Positions 26,114-32,000 of a stretch of DNA of 32,000 nucleotides are shown here, piece after piece. The translations under genes and the position numbers were made by a program. How positions within the stretch are numbered: position 1 is the first letter of the stretch; the number at the start of each line of letters is the position of its first letter. This DNA is from an uncultured archaeon (GTDB taxonomy: Archaea; Iainarchaeota; Iainarchaeia; Iainarchaeales; DATDZZ01). The stretch is taken from NCBI GenBank assembly GCA_964373795.1, contig CAYJVY010000005.1, positions 37,813-69,812 of the forward strand. Reading direction: 5' to 3'. The notes below the pieces were generated by a model. It had not been told where the DNA came from. It did no database searches and worked only from the letters and a program-made list of their open reading frames with translations.

Positions 26114-26523
26114 AGCTTACAATTGACACATCAATAATAATGGCCGCAATTATTAAGAATTCAACTACAAGAAAGCTTGTTGTTAGTTCAATGTTTGAGT
26201 TGTATACTCCTGATGCATTAAGTGAAGAAATTGGGAAATATAAAAACTATATAATGAAAAAAGCAAATCTTGATGAAAGCAAATTTATTGAACTTCTCCA
26301 GAAGCTTTCCAAGAATATACTTATACTAGATAAGTTTAGTGTTTCTCCTAAGAATTATGAAAAAGCTTTCAAGGCATTGAGTAAAATTGATTTAGGTTAT
26401 GTTCCAATGCTGGCAGTGGCACTTGAAACAGGCTCAAGTATTTGGAGCAACGACAACCATTTCAAAAAACAAAAATTAGTAAAAGTTTTCACTACTTCAC
26501 AATTGACAAGAATCTATTTTTAG
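26110..26523 (+). CDS. PIN-domain protein (VapC-like toxin)
   Basis: The 137-aa product has 'KLTIDTSIIMAAI' (the first acidic residue), 'LSEEI', and the C-terminal 'IWSNDNHF', typical of PIN nucleases. It is translationally coupled to the RHH gene. Confidence 0.75.
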   Translation: MKLTIDTSIIMAAIIKNSTTRKLVVSSMFELYTPDALSEEIGKYKNYIMKKANLDESKFIELLQKLSKNILILDKFSVSPKNYEKAFKALSKIDLGYVPMLAVALETGSSIWSNDNHFKKQKLVKVFTTSQLTRIYF

Positions 26524-26566
26524 ATACCTTGTCTCATTAAAGAGGTTTGAAAAATAATCTTTTTCA

Positions 26567-26596
26567 TCCCACCAAATATTTAAATACTTTGAAAAC
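26567..26596 (+). promoter_or_regulatory. Copy 2 of the duplicated 30-nt promoter-like block
   Basis: 'tcccaccaaatatttaaatactttgaaaac' is the second copy. It is followed by a Shine-Dalgarno-like 'ggagg' at 26621-26625 and an ATG at 26633. Confidence 0.55.
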
Positions 26597-26632
26597 AGAA
26601 TTATTTTAATGATTAATTTGGAGGCGAAAAAA

Positions 26633-26899
26633 ATGAATCAAAAATTAATTAATTCAAGACTAGTTACAAATCTAAAAAGTGATTCATTAGTTCATCGCCC
26701 AAAAAACTAATTCCGGAAACGAACTAATTGCACGAGTTGATTCGAAAGGCAGAATTTCAATTCCTTCCAGCATCCGCAAAACATTTGGAATTCTCCCAGG
26801 CCAGAAAATAAAATTCCGGTTTGACTTGAACGGCTTGATTTGGATTGAACTAATTCCTTATGAACTAAAAGGAAGGGAATCCTATGAAGACTTCGTTTA
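26633..26899 (+). pseudogene. AbrB/SpoVT-type antitoxin gene interrupted by a +1 frameshift in an A6 run. It could be a pseudogene, a sequencing error, or a recoding site.
   Basis: The ATG frame reads MNQKLINSRLVTNLKSDSLVHRPKN and stops at 26708-26710. The +1 frame is open from 26691 to the TAA at 26897-26899. It encodes '...GNELIARVDSKGRISIPSSIRKTFGILPGQKIKFRFDLNGLIWIELIPY', a clear AbrB-type swapped-hairpin motif, but has no start codon of its own. The two frames meet at 'cccaaaaaac' (26698-26707). No partner toxin gene follows; the next gene is a racemase, which it overlaps by 16 nt. Confidence 0.55.
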
Positions 26900-27579
26900 A
26901 AAAAATTGGAGTTCTTGGAGGAATGGGACCAGAATCAACAGCAGAATTTTACAAGGAACTAATAAGACAGTGTCAATTACAATTTGGTTCTCAAAAAGAT
27001 GAGGATTATCCAGAAATAGTTATCTATAATCTTCCAATTCCCGATGTTCTAAACACATTAGATTGGGGGTTAACAAAAACAGCATTAGTTGTTGGACTAA
27101 AAAAACTTGAGTCTATTGGAGTGGATTTTATCGTGATTCCTTGCAATACTGTTCAAGTTTTTTTCCAAGAAATGCAGCAAAGTATTTCAGTTCCTTTGTT
27201 GAACATTATTGAAGAAACAGCAAAAAAAGTCAAGGAAAAAAACTATTCAAAAATTGGTTTGCTGGCAACAAAAACTTCAATTGATAGAAAACTTTTTGAT
27301 AAAGTTTTTGAAAAATATTCTATTGAGTTAATTAAGCCAACTAGTCAGTTGAAAATTGATAATATTATTTTGAATATTTTGTCAGGAAAAAAGAAATTTT
27401 CCGACAAAAAAGTTTTGTTGGAAAAAATTCTAGAATTGCAGAATAAAGGGGCTGACGCAATAGTTTTGGGCTGTACTGATCTGCCACCATTATTCGAACA
27501 AAACAATAAATTCAAGGTTGTTAATAGTATAAAAGTTTTGGCAGAAGCTACAATTAAGTTTGCATCGAAAAATACCTAA
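26884..27579 (+). CDS. Aspartate/glutamate racemase family protein (aspartate racemase-like)
   Basis: The 231-aa product has 'IGVLGGMGPESTAEFY', 'FIVIPCNTV' (first catalytic Cys) and 'AIVLGCTDLP' (second catalytic Cys). The spacing is typical of the Asp/Glu/hydantoin racemase family. Confidence 0.85.
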   Translation: MKTSFKKIGVLGGMGPESTAEFYKELIRQCQLQFGSQKDEDYPEIVIYNLPIPDVLNTLDWGLTKTALVVGLKKLESIGVDFIVIPCNTVQVFFQEMQQSISVPLLNIIEETAKKVKEKNYSKIGLLATKTSIDRKLFDKVFEKYSIELIKPTSQLKIDNIILNILSGKKKFSDKKVLLEKILELQNKGADAIVLGCTDLPPLFEQNNKFKVVNSIKVLAEATIKFASKNT

Positions 27580-27629
27580 AGTAGGTTTAATAAGTTTAAT
27601 AAGTTTATTTTAATTAAATATATATTAAT

Positions 27630-27702
27630 GGCTAGTGTAGTGTAACGGTTAGCATATGAGGCTGTGGCCCTCCTGGACCGAGTCCGACTCTCGGCACTGG
27701 CC
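27630..27702 (+). tRNA. tRNA-His (anticodon GTG) with a genome-encoded G-1
   Basis: G-1 (27630) lies opposite the discriminator C73 (27702), which is the His identity pair. The acceptor gctagtg/cactggc forms 7 bp including one G-U. The D arm is gtgt-aacggtta-gcat. The anticodon loop is ctGTGgc on a 4-bp stem plus a mismatch. The T stem ccgag/ctcgg closes the loop tccgact, which has C instead of U at position 55. CCA is not encoded. Confidence 0.8.
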
Positions 27703-27862
27703 TCAGCTTTTCTTTCGACGTTTCGCGCGTCGAACGCAACAGCCTTGCCGGCTGCGACGTCTCGTGCGTCGAGCGCGATGCCCACGTGGGCACTCAGCCT
27801 CGCCGGCTGCTCGGCGCTTCAAGGACTGAACCTTGCGCGGCTGAACGGCGAAGAAAAGCTGG
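27703..27862 (+). repeat. GC-rich mosaic repeat copy D, closed by an 11-bp terminal inverted repeat and starting 1-2 nt after tRNA-His
   Basis: The terminal inverted repeat is cagcttttctt (27704-27714) with aagaaaagctg (27851-27861). The internal hairpin ttcgacg/cgtcgaa spans 27714-27734. Other elements are 'gtctcgtgcgtcga', the palindrome tgcccacgtgggca (27779-27792), the core ctcagcctcgccggctg (27793-27809) and caagg/ccttg. Hand counts give 40/60 and 42/60 G+C for lines 27721-27780 and 27781-27840. Confidence 0.85.
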
Positions 27863-27967
27863 CAAAAGAAAAAAGTAAAAAGTACAAGTTACAAAAATAA
27901 ATGAAATGCAAAGCATTTCATATGCTCAGCTTTATGCTGTGCACGTACTCAAGGGACGTGACCTTGT

Positions 27968-29206
27968 ATGGTTGAATTGAAAACTCCTAGAGGAATGAGA
28001 GATTTTTTGCCTGAAAAAGCAAGAAAAAAACAGTTCTTGCAAGACTTGATTAGACAAGAATTTGAATTATTTGGATTTGAACCATTAGAAACTCCAGTAG
28101 TAGAAGAATACTCTGTTTTAAGTGGAAAAGCAGGAGAAGAAATTAAAAAAGAAATTTATTATTTTAAAGATCAAGGCGAACGAGAACTAGGGTTAAGGTT
28201 TGATTTAACTGTTCCATTAGCAAGAGTTGTTGCTTCAAACCCTGATCTTATAAAGCCTTTCAAGCGCTACCAAATTGGAACAGTTTATAGATATGATAAA
28301 CCTCAAGCTCAGAGATACAGGGAATTCACTCAAGCAGATATTGACATTATTGGCCCAAATTCTGTGTATGTGGATTTTGAAATTTTGCAGTGTGCTTTGA
28401 ATATAATGAAAAAACTTGGAACTGAATTTTATATCAGGCTAAATAATAGAATGCTTTTAGAAGAAGTTGCAAAATCTTCTGGAATTAGCCAGGAAAAAGT
28501 TGTTGATGCTTTTAGGTCTATTGACAAATTGGACAAAATAGGCTGGGAAGGAGTTGAAAAAGAATTCAAACAGAAAAAAATTCCAGGCAAAATTTTGGAA
28601 CTAGTTAAAGAGAATGATTTAAAGAAAGTTGAAAAGCTTTTGAAAGAAAATAAAAACTTTAAACAATTGCAGGAATTGCTTGGATTGTTTGGCGAGGATG
28701 CAAAGTTTGTAAAAATTGATTTAGGCCTTGCCCGAGGTTTAGAGTATTATACAGGCAATGTATTTGAAGTAATTGTTTCTTCTGGAAAATGGACTGTTGC
28801 AGCAGGAGGAAGATATGATAATTTGGTTAGTGTTTTTGGTGGGCAAAAAACTCCTGGAATTGGAATAAGTTTTGGCGTCGACCGTTTATTGGATGTTTTG
28901 GATTCTGAGGGAAAGCTTTCCTTGCAAACTAAAACAAAGTTTTTTTTCCTGCCAATTGGAGAAAAAGTTTTGCAGGAAAGCCTTGAATTAGTTCAACAAA
29001 TTCGCGGCATTGGATTAAATTGTGAAATGGATTTAATGCAAAGAGGGATTTCAAAAAACCTTGAATATGCTTCAAAGAAAAAAATTCCTTTCGTGCTGAT
29101 TTTTGGAGACAATGAAGCAAAAGAAAAAATTCTCACACTACGAGACATGCAAACAGGGAAACAAGAAAAAATAAAATTAACAGAATTGGAGAAATTGAAA
29201 AAATAG
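27968..29206 (+). CDS. hisS: Histidyl-tRNA synthetase (class IIa)
   Basis: 'PRGMRDFLP' is at the N-terminus. Motif 2 is 'YRYDKPQAQRYREFTQADIDIIG'. Also present are 'GLEYYTG' and 'AAGGRYDNL', and motif 3 is 'GIGISFGVDRL'. A C-terminal anticodon-binding domain follows. Confidence 0.95.
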   Translation: MVELKTPRGMRDFLPEKARKKQFLQDLIRQEFELFGFEPLETPVVEEYSVLSGKAGEEIKKEIYYFKDQGERELGLRFDLTVPLARVVASNPDLIKPFKRYQIGTVYRYDKPQAQRYREFTQADIDIIGPNSVYVDFEILQCALNIMKKLGTEFYIRLNNRMLLEEVAKSSGISQEKVVDAFRSIDKLDKIGWEGVEKEFKQKKIPGKILELVKENDLKKVEKLLKENKNFKQLQELLGLFGEDAKFVKIDLGLARGLEYYTGNVFEVIVSSGKWTVAAGGRYDNLVSVFGGQKTPGIGISFGVDRLLDVLDSEGKLSLQTKTKFFFLPIGEKVLQESLELVQQIRGIGLNCEMDLMQRGISKNLEYASKKKIPFVLIFGDNEAKEKILTLRDMQTGKQEKIKLTELEKLKK

Positions 29207-29253
29207 CAGGAAAAGCTTTTTAATTCCGTAAAACAATTTATATTAGTGATTTA

Positions 29254-29580
29254 ATGCTTCCTAGAAAAAGGCCTTGGATTAGTGGACAAGTACGTAAAGC
29301 TGTAAAAAGTGTTGCGCGACGAATTGAAAGAACAGATGTTGGAAAACTTATTCGAAAATCTCTTATTGGTAGAACTGCTAGAAGAGTGAAAGCAGCTACA
29401 AGAGGCATAACTCTTTCTCAAAGAGTATTTCAAGCACTTGTAAGAGATATAGACATTAAAGGCGCGACTCGAGAACATATTAAGACAATTCAAACAATGA
29501 CTAAAAAACAAAGAAAAGATCTTTTATCAAAAATTCTTCTAGAAAGAAGAAACCACATTCAAGAATTACTTGAAAAGTAA
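29254..29580 (+). CDS. Hypothetical small basic protein (108 aa)
   Basis: It is an ATG-started ORF, very Arg/Lys-rich and helical-looking. The antisense ORF 29251..29511 is Ser/Cys/Phe-rich and looks like a shadow frame. I recognise no family. Confidence 0.5.
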   Translation: MLPRKRPWISGQVRKAVKSVARRIERTDVGKLIRKSLIGRTARRVKAATRGITLSQRVFQALVRDIDIKGATREHIKTIQTMTKKQRKDLLSKILLERRNHIQELLEK

Positions 29581-29695
29581 TTTCAATTCAAGCATACTTT
29601 TTCTTTAAATTCCCAATTTTTTATTAGTTCACTTAAAATGAAAGAATTTAAATTAAGAAGGCACTTATATTCAATGGAAAATGAAAAGTGATTAA

Positions 29696-29983
29696 ATGAA
29701 TGAAATGAGTGTAAAAGAAGTTGTTTGCATGAATTGCAAAAATGCTTTTAAAGTTCCATTCTATAAAAGCGTGGACGTAAATTTATTAAAGCCTAGAATG
29801 TATTTAACAGTTGACTTGCTTAGAGGAGGATTAAACGAATTTAAATGTCCTAGATGCGAGAAAAGGGTTTTAGTTAATGAAAAAGTTTTATTTAATTTTG
29901 GAAAAGAAAAAGTAAGCAATTATCCAAACAATTCAAAGCTCTTGAAAAGAGTTAGAAATTTTGTGGAACAAAGAAGCAAATAG
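29696..29983 (+). CDS. Small zinc-ribbon protein (95 aa)
   Basis: Two CxxC pairs are present: 'CMNCKNAF' and 'CPRCEKRV', about 37 residues apart. Confidence 0.55.
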   Translation: MNEMSVKEVVCMNCKNAFKVPFYKSVDVNLLKPRMYLTVDLLRGGLNEFKCPRCEKRVLVNEKVLFNFGKEKVSNYPNNSKLLKRVRNFVEQRSK

Positions 29984-30065
29984 TTAAACGAGATTTTTTA
30001 ATTCAAATTTGGCAAGCTAATTTTAACAAAAATTTAAATTAAAATAGTTAAAGAAATTATTTTAA

Positions 30066-30153
30066 GCCTCTGTAGCTTAGTGGTTGGAGCACGCCCTTGG
30101 TATGCAAATGCACTATAAGGGTGAGGCCGGGAGTTCAAATCTCCCCAGAGGCT
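30066..30153 (+). tRNA. tRNA-Thr (anticodon GGT) with a 15-nt intron at the canonical 37/38 position (30103-30117)
   Basis: The acceptor gcctctg/cagaggc forms 7 perfect bp. The D arm is gctt-agtggttg-gagc. The anticodon stem cgccc (30092-96) pairs with gggtg (30119-23). The 22 nt between them give the 7-nt loop ttGGTa+a plus the intron tgcaaatgcactata. The T arm is gggag-ttcaaat-ctccc. The mature length is 73 nt. I did not verify the bulge-helix-bulge geometry. Confidence 0.78.
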
Positions 30154-30174
30154 TTGACTTTAATTCAAGTCAAA
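30153..30174 (+). terminator. Hairpin immediately after tRNA-Thr (8-bp stem)
   Basis: tttgactt (30153-60), loop taattc, then aagtcaaa (30167-74). An A/T-rich tract follows. A terminator role is speculative for archaea. Confidence 0.3.
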
Positions 30175-30295
30175 CCAAAAATATTTATATATGCAAACCA
30201 TAGTCTTTGTTGTGAATCATTTGTTCCACAAGTAATTAATGGAATAATTGAATCAATTGAATTAAGTTAAATTTTTTATTTACCTAGGTGATTTC

Positions 30296-30612
30296 ATGGG
30301 CAACGAATTTCAAGTTCAAGGTTGTTTAAGATTGTCTTCAAAGCAAATTCCCAAACCATTAGAATTAGGAAAAAAATATTCCTTCTACAAAGAAGGGCAT
30401 AGGTTTACCAATTAAATGTTCCAATGGACTTGTGGACAGAGGACTGGAAAGCTTTAGGAAGATGTGTTATTACAGAGTACACTGTTGGCAAGGGAAGAAC
30501 TGAAGGAGTTTTTGTAATAGTTAAAATCTTTGACAAGCTTCAATCAGAGCAAGTAACTAATACATTTGTTTCTGATGAAGAAGTTGAAAAAGTATTAAAA
30601 AAATTAAAATAA
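30296..30612 (+). pseudogene. Small conserved-looking ORF split by a frameshift at a T-run (39-aa N-part plus 62-aa C-part)
   Basis: The frame from the ATG at 30296 reads MGNEFQVQGCLRLSSKQIPKPLELGKKYSFYKEGHRFTN*. The next frame is open from 30403 and reads VYQLNVPMDLWTEDWKALGRCVITEYTV.... Adding one T to the ttt at 30404-30406 gives a seamless '...YKEGHRFYQLNVPMDLWTEDW...'. Confidence 0.5.
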
Positions 30613-30671
30613 TCTCAACGCATTAAAAAACTATCTTCTGACTTCTTCAAATCTGTCAACTAGTTTACAGC

Positions 30672-31121
30672 CTATTTTAATTCGTATAAATCTGAAGCCC
30701 ATAAATATTGGCCATTTAAATGAGTGGATAAAGCGTAAAGAAACAACAAGCCATCTTTTGGTTTAAAGTTTCCAAATAAACGGAAAAGTCTTACTCCTTC
30801 TTCAGAAATTTCTTGAGCAAGTTTTTGATTTACTTCAGTTCTAGATTTAACTGAAACTTGTTTGCCATCAAAAATAAAGCTTGCAACATGTTCATGGTTA
30901 TGTTTTTCATTCACTTTAAAAACGTCTACAGCCATTACTGGTTTTCTTTTAGCTAAATAATATAGTATAAAATAAATTCGGAAATAAATAGAGAAAATTA
31001 ATCCAAAAAGTAAGTAAAATATTGAATGAATTACTCCTAAAAATAATTCTAAAATTGAGGAAACAAATTCCTTTAAAGAATCGATTAATTTTAAGGACTT
31101 CATAATACCCTTCAAAAACAA
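30672..31121 (-). CDS. Hypothetical membrane-anchored protein (149 aa; N-terminal hydrophobic region plus a soluble C-domain)
   Basis: The hydrophobic segment is 'ILELFLGVIHSIFYLLFGLIFSIYFRIYFILYYL', and a soluble domain of about 85 aa follows. I recognise no family. Confidence 0.55.
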   Translation of the reverse strand: MFLKGIMKSLKLIDSLKEFVSSILELFLGVIHSIFYLLFGLIFSIYFRIYFILYYLAKRKPVMAVDVFKVNEKHNHEHVASFIFDGKQVSVKSRTEVNQKLAQEISEEGVRLFRLFGNFKPKDGLLFLYALSTHLNGQYLWASDLYELK

Positions 31122-31187
31122 TGTATTGTAAAAAGTATATGAAAGGATAAATTTTTTAATTCCATTAATATAATCTAATAGAGCAAA

Positions 31188-31895
31188 ATGAATGAAAAAC
31201 TTGATTCAAGGATAAATAATGCTTTATTTGATTACATTGAAGACAATGAAATAGTTTCAGTTGGAGACTCTGTTTTAGGTGAACAATTTTTAATGAATTT
31301 AATTAATAAAATCAAAAAACAAAGGCTTGGAATTAAATTAATTCCTTCATCTAATAGGTTTCAAAAAATTATTTCTAAAAACAAAGTTCAATTAGCAAAC
31401 TTTGATGAAGATGAAATTGATTTAGCAATTGATTTTGTAGATTCAGTTGACAAGCAATTTGATTTTGTTAAACAAAACTCCAGTTCTTTAGTTAGAGACA
31501 AAATGATTGCCTTATCCGCTGTTGAATCAATTGTTGTAACAGAAGAAAAAAATTATTCAGAGGAATTAAACAGAGTTATTCCAGTTGAATCAATTGAATT
31601 TGGATTAAAAAAAACATTAATTCAATTAGAAAACTTTGGAAAAGCAAGCATTAGAATGTTTAATGGAAAAAAAGTTTCAACTGAAACAGGATTCATTGTA
31701 ATAGATGTTCAAATAGACGGAGTATACCAATTAGAGGATATTGAATTTGAATTAAAAAATGTTCCAGGAGTACTAGAAACAGGTTTATTCATTAAAATGG
31801 CTGACAGAGTAATACTTCAAGGAAAAAACATTTCAATTAAATCCAGAATTCAAGAAAACAAATTAGCAAAACTCATTCGTTCTCCACTTCATTAA
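31188..31895 (+). CDS. Ribose-5-phosphate isomerase A-like protein, highly divergent with substituted active-site motifs
   Basis: It is colinear with RpiA. 'IVSVGDSVLG' stands against GxGTGST, 'IDLAIDFVDSVD' against DxxxDGADE, and 'VKQNSSSLVRDKM' against IKGGGGALxREK. 'IPVESIEF' stands against lPvEv, 'STETGFIVIDV' against TDNGNxIlD, and 'VPGVLETGLF' against iPGVVetGLF. Confidence 0.6.
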   Translation: MNEKLDSRINNALFDYIEDNEIVSVGDSVLGEQFLMNLINKIKKQRLGIKLIPSSNRFQKIISKNKVQLANFDEDEIDLAIDFVDSVDKQFDFVKQNSSSLVRDKMIALSAVESIVVTEEKNYSEELNRVIPVESIEFGLKKTLIQLENFGKASIRMFNGKKVSTETGFIVIDVQIDGVYQLEDIEFELKNVPGVLETGLFIKMADRVILQGKNISIKSRIQENKLAKLIRSPLH

Positions 31896-32000
31896 ATAAA
31901 ATTCGTTCAGCGAACTAAACTGCATGCGGAAAGTATTTTTAATACTTATTCTACGAATTTTTTTATCAAGCAATTTTTTATATCCATGCAAGCATTCAGC

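Noticed and set aside
27576-27900. ORFs 27576..27785 (-) and 27664..27900 (+).
   Set aside because: They overlap tRNA-His and are otherwise just translations of the GC-rich repeat. The Ala/Arg/Ser-rich composition is driven by G+C content. The same peptide string arises from the inverted repeat copy at 19081-19123.

Overview
AT-rich window: sample 60-nt coding lines hand-count to about 30% G+C. It looks like an archaeal chromosome segment, probably from a small-genome DPANN-like archaeon. That placement is inference from a family-B DNA polymerase, a type-2 methionine aminopeptidase, an intron-containing tRNA, and TATA-like boxes about 20-30 nt upstream of several start codons.

Gene content, in order:
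- Two tandem paralogous giant surface-protein genes: a 5'-truncated ORF of at least 2262 aa, then a complete 2340-aa ORF.
- A reverse-strand AbrB-type VapB / PIN VapC toxin-antitoxin pair.
- Five consecutive small polytopic membrane-protein genes.
- An acidic coiled-coil protein, a roughly 500-aa protein that reads like a HerA/FtsK-type (DUF87) ATPase with degenerate Walker motifs, and another coiled-coil protein.
- polB, map, tRNA-Arg(GCG), a CxxCxxCC (YkgJ/UPF0153-like) protein and two hypothetical proteins.
- An RHH-PIN toxin-antitoxin pair, then a frameshifted AbrB-type gene behind a duplicated promoter.
- An Asp/Glu racemase, tRNA-His(GTG) next to hisS, and several small proteins.
- tRNA-Thr(GGT) with a 15-nt intron, a frameshift-split small ORF, a membrane protein, and a divergent RpiA-like protein.

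The two things I consider most worth following up:
1. A family of mosaic, hairpin-dense, roughly 67-70% G+C elements sits in four intergenic spots of this roughly 30% G+C DNA. The copies share a 17-nt core and a 14-nt CACGTG palindrome that shows one compensatory base-pair change.
2. The giant-protein pair, the five small membrane proteins and the apparently catalytically dead HerA-like protein may form a cell-surface or membrane module.

I saw no CRISPR array, transposase, integrase or rRNA.
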